Shown here: piece by piece, positions 7,226-15,571 of the stretch
Numbering within the stretch: position 1 is the stretch's first letter
Layout: every line of letters begins with the position of its first letter
Source: Pseudomonadales bacterium
GTDB lineage: Bacteria > Pseudomonadota > Gammaproteobacteria > Pseudomonadales > UBA5518
Length of the DNA: 35,609 nucleotides
Assembly (NCBI GenBank): GCA_044352225.1
Contig: JBILEG010000001.1
Location: 1 to 35,609, forward strand
Direction: 5' to 3'
Program-made: the position numbers and the translations under genes
The notes under the pieces: model-generated
Seen by the model: the letters and a program-made list of their open reading frames with translations, nothing else
What the model was told of the DNA's origin: nothing
The model's database searches: none

Positions 7226-8499
7226 CGTCCGGCGCTCTCTGTCGCGCGCTGCAGCACGCGCGCCACGCCAGCTGCCACGGCTGCGTCGTCGTGCCCGTCC
7301 CAGAGTTCTGCGGCCCAGTCACCCACGAAGATCGCCGTGATCGCGGGCAGGCCAAGCGTATCGCTCAGGTCCAGCCACTCGGATATCCGGCCTGCTCCGT
7401 CGGCGATGCGGATGTAGCCGTCGGCCGAGCGCGCCCACCAGCGCTCGCCGAACACCAGTGCCGCCTTTTCCACACGTCCTGCCGTGAGCAGCGAGAGCGC
7501 TGCCTGTTGCTCCTCAGGCAGGGGCGGATCGAAGCGCGGTTTACCCTCCTGCAGCACGGCGGCGGGCGCCGTTACGATCACCGCATCGGCGCGCGACTCG
7601 CCCTGCGCGTGGCGCAGTTCCACGCCCGATGCGTTCCAGCGGATGCGGGTGACGGGTGTGCCGAGGCGCAGGTCCAGGCCTTCTGCGAGCGCGGCGAGCA
7701 CGCTGCGGTAGCCGCCCACGATCCAGCGATCACCCGCGCCAACGCCGGCCTCGAAGCCGAGCCGCGCCGAGAGTTCGCCGAGCGGCGCGCCGGTGTCGAG
7801 GAATACCTCGGAGTCCACCACGCGCTGCACCGTGGCGCGGTCGAAGGGTGCCGGGTCGGCGAGGAAAGCATCCACCACCTGGGCAAGCCCGAGGTCGCGC
7901 TGCACGGTCGCGCGCTCCACACGCGCGTGCAGTTCTGCCATCACGGCCCCGCTGGTCCGAGGCCCCTTGGCCGGGGGGTGCCCGAGTTCCAGCGGGCGGT
8001 GGAAGTCGGTGGGCACCAGCGTGCAGCCCATCGCCTGCGCCACGGGCGCAAGCGTGTTCCTCTCGCCCTGTTGCAGCCAGTTCGCGCCCAGTTCCATCAC
8101 GACGGTGGATGCGGTTGCAGTTGGCAACTCCACGGACCAGGCGCGCCCGCCGATACGCTCGCGCGCCTCGAACACGACGCTGCGAATGCCCGCCTGCTGC
8201 AGGCTGCGCGCGGCACCGATGCCCGCGGCACCCGCGCCCACCACGGCCACGCTGCCGAAGCCTTGCGAGAGGCACCATTGCGCCGCGCGGCGGCCCTCGT
8301 CGAAGGCCCCGTGCACCATGCCCGATTGCTCCGGGTGCGTGGCCTCGCCGGCGATGATCACTCGGCCGAAGGGACGGCCAAGCATTGAGCGTGTCGCGGG
8401 AGTGCCGCCCACGCGGAGCAGGCTCCAGGCCCCGCGTGAGAACGGGTCCTCACGCCAGCGCGAGACGGCATGCGCCAGCGGCGTGCGTGCCTGGCTCAC
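7222..8499 (-). CDS. flavin-containing amine oxidase family protein with apparently circularly permuted domain order
   Basis: The GTG start at 8499 overlaps the upstream stop (GTGA). Residues 1-80 carry the canonical C-terminal motifs (SRWREDPFSRGAWS, IIAGEAT, MVHGAFDEGRRAA). Residues 84-120 carry the canonical N-terminal GxGxxG...E...GGR fold (VAVVGAGAAGIGAARSLQQAGIRSVVFEARERIGGR). Confidence 0.75.
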   Translation of the reverse strand: MSQARTPLAHAVSRWREDPFSRGAWSLLRVGGTPATRSMLGRPFGRVIIAGEATHPEQSGMVHGAFDEGRRAAQWCLSQGFGSVAVVGAGAAGIGAARSLQQAGIRSVVFEARERIGGRAWSVELPTATASTVVMELGANWLQQGERNTLAPVAQAMGCTLVPTDFHRPLELGHPPAKGPRTSGAVMAELHARVERATVQRDLGLAQVVDAFLADPAPFDRATVQRVVDSEVFLDTGAPLGELSARLGFEAGVGAGDRWIVGGYRSVLAALAEGLDLRLGTPVTRIRWNASGVELRHAQGESRADAVIVTAPAAVLQEGKPRFDPPLPEEQQAALSLLTAGRVEKAALVFGERWWARSADGYIRIADGAGRISEWLDLSDTLGLPAITAIFVGDWAAELWDGHDDAAVAAGVARVLQRATESAGR

Positions 8500-10685
8500 G
8501 ACGTGGCGTTTGCGCTGCTGCGCAGGTTCTCGGCCATGCGTCCCAGTGTGCGCTCCACCAGCGAGGTGTCCTCGATCTGCTGCAGGAAGCCGATCTGCAG
8601 TTCATAGGCGAAGAGCTTGCGCGACTTCTCCCAGATGGTGGCGCCGCTGCGGTCCGAGAAGATGAGCGTGCGTGATTCCTCGATGCGCGCCGAGAGCTTG
8701 CAGCGCCGGGTGACGCCGCTGCGCGGATCCTTGTATTCGAGCCAACTGCCCACCGGTACGGCATCGGCTTTCTGCAGCGATTCGAACATCAGCACCTCGC
8801 CGATCGGCCGCCCGCCCGCGAGCGGGTCGGGGCGGGGCGCGCCGCGCGGCGGGATGGGGGCGGGCAGTGTGACCTGTGCCGGCACCATCGGTGCGGGCGG
8901 TGCCGGGCTTTCGGTATCGGAGAGGGTGTCGCGATGGAGGTTACGGATCACATCGACACGCGCTTCAGCATCGGCGGTGTGGCTCTGGGTCTGGCCGAGT
9001 GCATTCTCGAGGCGGGCATGGAGTTGCTCCATGCGTGCTTCGAAGTCGGCGCGTTCGCTGCGGTGAGGGCGGTTGCGCACCGAGGCGACCAGATCGTCGA
9101 TCACCTGCACGGCGTCCTGCCATTCCGCGCTGGCGATACCCCGGCGCAGGTGGAAGAGCTGCATCACGCGCTGCCAGTCGCTGTTCAGGAAATCGAGCAC
9201 CGGGGCGGGGAGCGAGATGCCGTCGATGCGCTCGCGAAGTGCCTGGTAGACCGCGTCGCGGGCCGCGTTGGTGCGCGCGTCGGCCTCGGCCCTTTCGGCG
9301 GTGCGGCGCTCCATCTTGAGCGCACGCTGCTCCGTGCGCGTGGCGTGTTCCTGCAGGCGGCTTGCCGCCGCCCGGTAGCAGGCCTGATCGTTCTCCCCGG
9401 TCAGCACCTCGTCCACGACGCCGCGCAACTGCGCGAGCAGCACGGTCTGTACCTCTGCGTTTTCCGGGTCCCAGCCGAGGCCTGCACGGGCCATGAGATC
9501 GATCAGTTGCCGCGCCGGGTGCGCGGCATCGGCGAAGAAACTGCGATCCTGCAGCGCGAGGCGCAGCACGGGCAGTTGCAGGCGCGCGATCATCGCCTGT
9601 ATTTCCAGTGGCAGGTTGCGGTCGGCATTCACCGTGTCGAAGAACAGTGTCACCAGTCCGATGGTGTCGTGGTCGGTGGCAGCAAGTGAGAGTCGGCCCG
9701 TCTGGCGTGCGATGGCGGCAAGGGCTTCACGGATGTCCGGCAACGGGGCGTTGCCGGCATCGAGCCAGGTTGCGCTCCCTTGCAACTCCGCCACAAGGTT
9801 TGCGAGCCCCGCCGTGCTGACGCTGGCGGGCACGGCAGCGGTGGCCGTGCTGACCACGCTCGCGGGCAGTGCGGGCGCGACGGTACGCAGACGCGCCAGC
9901 AACTCGCTGATGTCGCGCAGGTCGGATGCGGCACGGCTGCTCTCTGCGGCTGCGGGGGCTGCAGCCTCCGGGCCCTGATCAGCCGGACGTGAGCGGGCGT
10001 CGGGTTTGCGCGAGCCCCGCGTGAGGGGGGAGAGTTCGGGCAGCACACCCGCCTCGCGCAGCAGGTCGTTCGCGGCGCTGTAAAGCTCTCCCAGGCAGGA
10101 GAGCACGCAACTGTCGAACTGGCTGCAGAGCGGACGCAGGATCCTCGGGTCCGGGCCGAGCATCGACGAGGCCTCCAGGAAGGCCCGGGTGATGTTCGCG
10201 GGGTCCAGGGGGTTGTCCGCTTCCTCGAAGGGCACAGCTGCGATGCGCAGCATCCGCTCGTGCAACTGGAAAAGCGCTTTCTGCGCCCGGTCGCGGGCGC
10301 GGTTGGCCATGCCGGCGGACAGCACATGGCGTTCGATCTGCTCCTGCGACACGAGTTCCAGCGAGTCTGCGCTGAAGCCGGGAGCCGTGGCTGCGGTCTC
10401 CGGGGGCGTGATGATGCGCTCGAAACCGGCGCCCAGGCGGGCGAGGAAGTCACTCCTGATCGTCTCCTGGCTACGCGCCATTTCGCGCAAAGCGTCGAGG
10501 AAGCGTTGCTGCTCGCTCACCACGGGCGTGGAGCCCGCGAGTTCGACCATCACCCTCTGCAGCGAGACGAAAAGCTCCGCCATCCCACGGGTGAGCGCCT
10601 CCGCGGCAAGCCCGCCCAGCGAGTTCAGCAGGGCCGCCTGGTCCGCGACGTCGTTCGGCGTGGGTGTGGGTGTGGAGGAAGGCAT
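8496..10685 (-). CDS. DUF1631 family protein (about 729 aa)
   Basis: ATG at 10685 (MPSSTPTP...). The central block NLPLEIQAMIARLQLPVLRLALQDRSFFADAAHPARQLIDLM and the C-terminal block GSWLEY....R.KLSARIEES..LIFSDRSG match my memory of DUF1631. The N-terminal 330 aa of track ORF 8496..11675 are antisense to the acyl-CoA dehydrogenase gene. Confidence 0.75.
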   Translation of the reverse strand: MPSSTPTPTPNDVADQAALLNSLGGLAAEALTRGMAELFVSLQRVMVELAGSTPVVSEQQRFLDALREMARSQETIRSDFLARLGAGFERIITPPETAATAPGFSADSLELVSQEQIERHVLSAGMANRARDRAQKALFQLHERMLRIAAVPFEEADNPLDPANITRAFLEASSMLGPDPRILRPLCSQFDSCVLSCLGELYSAANDLLREAGVLPELSPLTRGSRKPDARSRPADQGPEAAAPAAAESSRAASDLRDISELLARLRTVAPALPASVVSTATAAVPASVSTAGLANLVAELQGSATWLDAGNAPLPDIREALAAIARQTGRLSLAATDHDTIGLVTLFFDTVNADRNLPLEIQAMIARLQLPVLRLALQDRSFFADAAHPARQLIDLMARAGLGWDPENAEVQTVLLAQLRGVVDEVLTGENDQACYRAAASRLQEHATRTEQRALKMERRTAERAEADARTNAARDAVYQALRERIDGISLPAPVLDFLNSDWQRVMQLFHLRRGIASAEWQDAVQVIDDLVASVRNRPHRSERADFEARMEQLHARLENALGQTQSHTADAEARVDVIRNLHRDTLSDTESPAPPAPMVPAQVTLPAPIPPRGAPRPDPLAGGRPIGEVLMFESLQKADAVPVGSWLEYKDPRSGVTRRCKLSARIEESRTLIFSDRSGATIWEKSRKLFAYELQIGFLQQIEDTSLVERTLGRMAENLRSSANATS

Positions 10686-10814
10686 GTTCGTGTCACGTTC
10701 AGGAAGCCGCAAGGGTAGACCAAAGAACTGCCCGCTGTCGTGGCAGAGGGCGTGACGGGGGCTTCGGTGGTGCCCGATACTGGGTCGCGTTTGCCGACAC
10801 GCGGAGCCCCCCGG

Positions 10815-11978
10815 ATGTTGCAGTTCCTGACCGAAGAAGATCTCGCGTTCCGCGATACCGTGCGCCGCTGGGTGGATGCCGAGGTGCCCAAAGACTGGTG
10901 CCGCGCGCTGGAGCGGCGCGAGCACGAATTCCCCGAGATGCTCTGGGAGCGGCTGACCGCCTTCGGGGCACACGGCATCGGTATCCCCGAGGAACTGGGC
11001 GGGCAGGGCGGCAGTATCCTCACGCAGGCGCTCTTCGCCCGTGAACTCGCGCGCACTGCGGCCGGGTTGAGCTGGGTCTGGGGCGTCACCTCTTTCAGTG
11101 GCAGCAAGGCCATCGGCTATTGCGGCTCCGAGGAACAGCGCCGCGAATTCCTGCCACAGATCGCGGCGGGCAAGCTGCGCACTGCGATGGCCTTCACCGA
11201 GCCGGGCGGCGGAACGGATCTCCTCGGCGGCATGCGCACCCGTGCGCGGAAGGTCGATGGCGGTTGGGTGATCGACGGCGAGAAGATCTGGAGCACCTGC
11301 GCCCACGTTGCCGATTACCTCTTCCTGATGGCGCGCACCCGCACCGAGGTGGACAAGCGCTCCGACGGCATCTCGATCTTCTTCGTGCCCCGCCGCAGCT
11401 CCGGCATCACGATCACGGAACTCCCCAAACTCGGCATGCGTTGCGTTGCCTCCTGCGCGGTGCGGCTGGAGGAGGTCTTCGTGCCCGACGAGTTGCTGCT
11501 TGGCGAGGAGGGAAGGGGCTGGCGCCCGTCCACACGCCCGCTGAACAACGAGCGACTGGTGAATGCCGCCACGTGTCTGGGCATGCTCGACGGCGTGCTG
11601 GAAGACGCGCTCGCCCACATGCGCACGCGGCAGGCCTTCGGCCGGCTGATCGGGGAGTTCCAGGCGTTGCAGCACTACGTGGCCGACATGGCGATGTGGC
11701 AGGCGCAGGGCGAGTTGCTGGTGCTGAACACCGCGGCGCTGCAGGCAGCCGGCAAGCCGAGCGCCATGGAGTCGAACATGGCGAAGGTGCTGTGCTCGGA
11801 GTACGTGAGCAAGGCTGCGGACCTGGGTATACAGATCCTGGGCGGCATGGGTTACTCGGCCGAGACCGATATGCAGCGTTACTGGCGCGATTCGCGGCTG
11901 TTGCGCATCGGACCGATCAGCAACGAGATGGCGCGCAACCAGATCGCCGAAGGGCTCGGCTTGCCACGTTCGTTCTGA
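10815..11978 (+). CDS. acyl-CoA dehydrogenase family protein
   Basis: The ATG at 10815 follows a GGAG at 10803-10806. Typical ACAD layout, with AMAFTEPGGGTDL, GEKIWST, QAFGR.IGEFQALQH and GGMGYS blocks. Confidence 0.85.
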   Translation: MLQFLTEEDLAFRDTVRRWVDAEVPKDWCRALERREHEFPEMLWERLTAFGAHGIGIPEELGGQGGSILTQALFARELARTAAGLSWVWGVTSFSGSKAIGYCGSEEQRREFLPQIAAGKLRTAMAFTEPGGGTDLLGGMRTRARKVDGGWVIDGEKIWSTCAHVADYLFLMARTRTEVDKRSDGISIFFVPRRSSGITITELPKLGMRCVASCAVRLEEVFVPDELLLGEEGRGWRPSTRPLNNERLVNAATCLGMLDGVLEDALAHMRTRQAFGRLIGEFQALQHYVADMAMWQAQGELLVLNTAALQAAGKPSAMESNMAKVLCSEYVSKAADLGIQILGGMGYSAETDMQRYWRDSRLLRIGPISNEMARNQIAEGLGLPRSF

Positions 11979-11995
11979 ACGGTGTGCAGGAAGCA

Positions 11996-12018
11996 GGTCG
12001 CGGGCAGGGCCCGCGACC
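11996..12018. terminator. perfect 10-bp-stem palindrome between convergent genes (possible bidirectional terminator; REP-core-like)
   Basis: GGTCGCGGGC-agg-GCCCGCGACC lies between the ACAD stop (11978) and the ADC-family stop (12028). There is no flanking T/A run, so terminator function is only inferred. Confidence 0.4.
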
Positions 12019-12027
12019 GTGCGGGGA

Positions 12028-12798
12028 TCAGCCCTGCTTGGGGCCGCCCGAGGTGCCGGGCCAGCGGGTGCCGCTGATAGTGTCGACGAAGGGCCAGAAG
12101 CCCACAGGATCCAGCGCGCCTGCCAGCGTGATGCGGCGGTCGCGGAAAATCGGCGTCCACAGCCTTGCGCTCAGTTGCTCGCGCATCGGCAGCAGGGTGG
12201 CGATCGGATCCCAGACGCTCTCGCGCAGTGTGAGCGTGCCCTTGAGTTCCTGCAGGAACGCCGTGCCGTACTTGCTGTAGACGCGCACCACGTGCGGCGG
12301 GAAGTCGTAGGCGCAAGCGCTCGGGTCAACGGTGCGCAGTGACTTTATCCACCACTCGTTGGTCTCGTGATCGGCGGGGATAGGGAGCGTCTCGCTCACC
12401 TCGCCGCGGAACTCGATGAAGGTCACGCCCTGATGCACGCATTTCGCTTCGACGTGGTTGCCGAGGCGGAAGTAGGTGGTGTCGCAGGGGAATTTGGGCT
12501 GGCCCCACAGGTCGTGGCAGATGAAGAGCGGCGCTTCCTGGTCGATGCCGATCGCCAGCGTGTACTCGCCGGCCGTGCCGTTGTAGTCGGCGTCGACGTT
12601 CACCACCAGCCCGAGTTCGGGTTCGTTCTGCACGGGGAAGTTGTAGATCGTGACGGTCACGTTGGGCTCGGCGCCCGGCGTGATGCCCGGTGGCAGGAGC
12701 GCCGCGATCGCCGCCGCATCGCTGCGGTAGCGGATCTTCAGCATCGGCCAGTTGAGGATGTCGCCGGGATTGCCTTGCGGGCCTTGGGGGGTGCTCAT
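12028..12798 (-). CDS. acetoacetate decarboxylase (ADC) family protein
   Basis: At 256 aa, the overall pattern (NWPMLKIRYRSD...LLPPGI..., beta-rich, about 250 aa) resembles ADC-family proteins as I recall them. I verified no catalytic motif. Confidence 0.55.
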   Translation of the reverse strand: MSTPQGPQGNPGDILNWPMLKIRYRSDAAAIAALLPPGITPGAEPNVTVTIYNFPVQNEPELGLVVNVDADYNGTAGEYTLAIGIDQEAPLFICHDLWGQPKFPCDTTYFRLGNHVEAKCVHQGVTFIEFRGEVSETLPIPADHETNEWWIKSLRTVDPSACAYDFPPHVVRVYSKYGTAFLQELKGTLTLRESVWDPIATLLPMREQLSARLWTPIFRDRRITLAGALDPVGFWPFVDTISGTRWPGTSGGPKQG

Positions 12799-12880
12799 GA
12801 TGCCTCCGGGGAGCGGTGCAGCGGGTGATGCCGCATGGTAGCCCGCGCCGGAGGCAGCACGGGCGATCCTGACAAGAGTG

Positions 12881-13516
12881 TCATCCGCGACGGGTGGAGG
12901 CGTCCTCGGCGGCGTCTGCCACGATGCGGGCGAGTTCCACCACGCTCCGGATGCCGGTCTTGCGCAGGATGCGGGCCTTGTGGATCTCGACGGTGCGGTG
13001 GCTGATGTTCAGGCGACGTGCGATCTCCTTGTTGGCAAGACCACCGATGGCAAGGTCCATCACGTCACGTTCGCGCGGCGTCAGGGCGGCCACGCGCTCC
13101 TGTGCGGTATGGCTGCGCCGCACGTGTTCGCGCATGCGCTCGCCTTCCTGACGGGCGAGTTCGATGGCCTCGAGCAGCTCCGCGCGTTTCACCGGCTTGG
13201 TGAGGAAGTCGACGGCGCCGGCCTTGATGGCCTTGACGCTGGTGGGAATGTCGCCGTGCCCCGTGAGGAAGATCACGGGCATCGCAACACCGCGGCGCTC
13301 CATCTCTTCTTGCAGGTCGAGCCCGCTCATGCCCGGCATCATCAGGTCGACCACCGCGCAGGTTGCGCGTTCGTCAGTTTCCTCGGCGAGGAATTCTTCG
13401 GCGCTGGCGAAGCTCTGAACCTCGAACTTCGCCTGTTCCAGCAGCAAGCCGAGGGAATCCCTTACGGCGGCGTCGTCGTCGATCAGGTAGACCAATTCCG
13501 TGTCTTCAGAGCTCAT
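12881..13516 (-). CDS. two-component response regulator, FixJ/LuxR (NarL) family
   Basis: Receiver domain (LIDDD...D...MPGMSG...TGHGD...KAGA.DFL.KP) plus a LuxR-type HTH (LTPRERDVMDL...GLANKEIARRLNISHRTVEIHKARILRK). It overlaps the kinase gene by 11 bp. Confidence 0.9.
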   Translation of the reverse strand: MSSEDTELVYLIDDDAAVRDSLGLLLEQAKFEVQSFASAEEFLAEETDERATCAVVDLMMPGMSGLDLQEEMERRGVAMPVIFLTGHGDIPTSVKAIKAGAVDFLTKPVKRAELLEAIELARQEGERMREHVRRSHTAQERVAALTPRERDVMDLAIGGLANKEIARRLNISHRTVEIHKARILRKTGIRSVVELARIVADAAEDASTRRG

Positions 13517-14993
13517 CTGCTATGGGTACCGTAAAGCGGAAGGTGGCGCCGGGCGAAGCATCGCGCTCCAGCCAGAGCTGACCGCCCTGAGCATGGATCA
13601 GTGAGCGGCTGATAGAAAGCCCCAGACCCAGACCGCCGCGTTTGGCGCTCCGGAAGGGCCTGAACAGCACCTGCGCGAGTTCGGGTGGAATGCCCGGGCC
13701 CATGTCCTGCACCGAGACCTCTGCCATCAGGGGGTCTGCGCCCCGGTGCGAGGCGATCGTGAAGGAGGGGTCCGTGATACCCGCGCCCAGCATGGCGTCG
13801 AGCCCGTTGCGCAGCAGGTTGTGCAGTACTTTCTCGATCTGCAATGGGTTGCCCACGACCTGCGGCAGGGCAGGGTCGAGCATGAGGCTCACCTGGAAAT
13901 TGAGCGATTCGCGCGTGCGCACGCGCTCGATCACATCGCGCACCAGGGTGTTCAGGTCGAAGATCTTCTTGTCATCACCCTCGGTGCGCAGTTGCCCGAT
14001 GAGATCGTGCAACACCTGCCCGGCACGCTGTGCCTGCAGGTTGCAGCCGAGCACGGCGCGCTGCATCTGTTCGGACCAGCCGGATTCCGCTTGCATGGCC
14101 CGCAGCGCCACCTCGCTGTAGGCGGCGATGGCCTCGAGGGGCTGGTTCAGCTCGTGCGCGAGCGCAGCGGCTGTCTGGGCGATCAGCTGTTCTTTCATCA
14201 GGGCGTCCATCTGGCGCCCGTGTTCCTCGGATTTCTCTTCAAGCGTCTTGCGCTGCGTGATGTCTTCCATCACCACGATGAAGTAGTCGGGGCTTCCCCT
14301 TTCGTTGCGCGCCACCGACACCGTCACGTTGACCCAGCTGAGGCGACCGTCCGGCGTGCGGTGCTGGCGCTCGGTGGCCGCGGAGGCGCGTGTGCCCGAA
14401 AGCAGGGCCTCCTCGATCTCCGGCTCGCGCCAATTCGTGTCGGCGACTGCCTCGTCACCGCCACCCGAGAGCAGGCTGCGCAGGTTCTCGCGGCTCATGC
14501 CAAGGATCTCGCAGAACTTGTCGTTGGCGCGTAGCAGGCGCCTGTCGAGCCCCACGTGCGCGAGGCCTACGGCTGCCTGCTCGAAGGTGGCGCGGAAGCG
14601 TGCCTCGGATTCGCGCAGCGCCTCGGTGGCGTCGCGGAACACGGACACGTAGAGGCGCTGTTCGGCGCGATCGAGCAGCCCGAGGTGCACATCGACAGGG
14701 AAAAAGGAGCCGTCTTTGCGGCGGTGATGCCCCTGCAGCACGATGCGGGAGCCTGGCTCCACGCCCAGCCAGAGAGATTGCGCGGCAGCGATGTCCAGAT
14801 CGCGACTGATGTCCGCGATGCTGAGCTGGCTGATCTCGCCCGGCTGGTACCCGAGACAGCGGCACGCTTCCTGATTAGCGGCCAGAAGGCGGCCTGCATG
14901 GTCGTGCACGAGGAGGGCGTCCGGCATCGCGGCGTCGAGCAGCGAGCGCAGTTCCTCCTTGTCGAGCGCGTCGACCAAACCCGCCAGAGGCAT
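13506..14993 (-). CDS. PAS-domain sensor histidine kinase (cytoplasmic, FixL-like architecture)
   Basis: Two PAS-like segments are followed by the H-box AALAHELNQPLEAIAAY, the N-box HNLLRNGLDAM and the G-box GLGLGLSISRSL. I prefer the ATG at 14993 over the TTG at 14999. I see no TM segments. Confidence 0.85.
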   Translation of the reverse strand: MPLAGLVDALDKEELRSLLDAAMPDALLVHDHAGRLLAANQEACRCLGYQPGEISQLSIADISRDLDIAAAQSLWLGVEPGSRIVLQGHHRRKDGSFFPVDVHLGLLDRAEQRLYVSVFRDATEALRESEARFRATFEQAAVGLAHVGLDRRLLRANDKFCEILGMSRENLRSLLSGGGDEAVADTNWREPEIEEALLSGTRASAATERQHRTPDGRLSWVNVTVSVARNERGSPDYFIVVMEDITQRKTLEEKSEEHGRQMDALMKEQLIAQTAAALAHELNQPLEAIAAYSEVALRAMQAESGWSEQMQRAVLGCNLQAQRAGQVLHDLIGQLRTEGDDKKIFDLNTLVRDVIERVRTRESLNFQVSLMLDPALPQVVGNPLQIEKVLHNLLRNGLDAMLGAGITDPSFTIASHRGADPLMAEVSVQDMGPGIPPELAQVLFRPFRSAKRGGLGLGLSISRSLIHAQGGQLWLERDASPGATFRFTVPIADEL

Positions 14994-15221
14994 GCGCAAA
15001 AGCCCTTATCCCGTAGTGGTCTCGCACGCTAGGTGCTGGAGCATGTGGCGTCAACGACACCGGCTACATATGTGGGTAAGGGTGAACACGTATAGGGGTT
15101 GGCGCGGACAGCGCTCGCCTGCGGCTTCGGGGAACATGACCTCCTCTGAAGGTCTTCCCGGTACGACCTGCGTGTGGCGAACGAAGCCGCCGCACGGTCA
15201 AAGGCCTGCAGCTTGCGTGCA

Positions 15222-15370
15222 CGGTGGATCCGCCATGGACGGTGGGATCTCTCGGGGTGAGTCGGAGGATCCGGCTCAGGGCGCTGTCTGGTGGTTTCCG
15301 TCGGTCCCGGGAATGGGCCGCGTAGTACGGAACCACCGCACGCCTTCCCCCGTCTGTCCAGGATCCACCG
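15222..15370. other. nested inverted repeats compatible with a multi-helix RNA of about 150 nt in a non-coding gap
   Basis: H1: 15222-15231 pairs with 15361-15370 (CGGTGGATCC/GGATCCACCG, 10 bp perfect). H2: 15238-15247 with 15346-15354 (9 bp, 1 bulge). H3: hairpin 15258-15265 with 15271-15278. H4: 15290-15301 with 15327-15337 (11 bp, 1 bulge). No convincing ORF covers the region. Confidence 0.4.
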
Positions 15371-15571
15371 GGCATGCTTCTTTTTCTTTCTGTTTCTTCT
15401 GTCCCGTACTCGGACCGCCTCTTTTAAGGGCTGCCGCGTATAGGTGCCTGCTCTGATGGTGCCCTCCTGTGTGATCGCTAGAGTGAAGCCTCCGGTGAGG
15501 ATGCGCAGCAGCGTTGCGATCGAATCCCCTCACCGGCTGAGCAGTCTGGACGAGAAGGGGGATCAACGGTC

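Noticed and set aside
10686-11675. N-terminal 330 aa of the 1059-aa ORF 8496..11675 (-)
   Set aside because: It is antisense to the acyl-CoA dehydrogenase gene and low-complexity. The DUF1631 family starts at MPSSTP (10685).
15068-15115. RNase P RNA-like string (GGGTAAGGGTGAACACG resembles GGUAAGGGUGAAAGGGUG of M1 RNA)
   Set aside because: The universally conserved RNase P blocks (GGAAAGUCCGGGC, ACAGAANCCGGCUUA) are absent on both strands of the gap. This is an isolated chance similarity.
15484-15500. c-di-GMP-I (GEMM-I) riboswitch-like AAGCCTCCGG
   Set aside because: Only this short string resembles the consensus CAAAGCCUCCGG. The paired GNRA-tetraloop/receptor hairpins and the GGCAAACC block are not present, so the evidence is insufficient.
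15505-15540. tRNA/tmRNA-like T-loop (GCGATCGAATCCCCTCACCGG)
   Set aside because: The bases flanking the ATCGAAT loop cannot form a T-stem (TTGCG versus CCCCT). There is no acceptor/CCA context, no D or anticodon arm, and no tag ORF.
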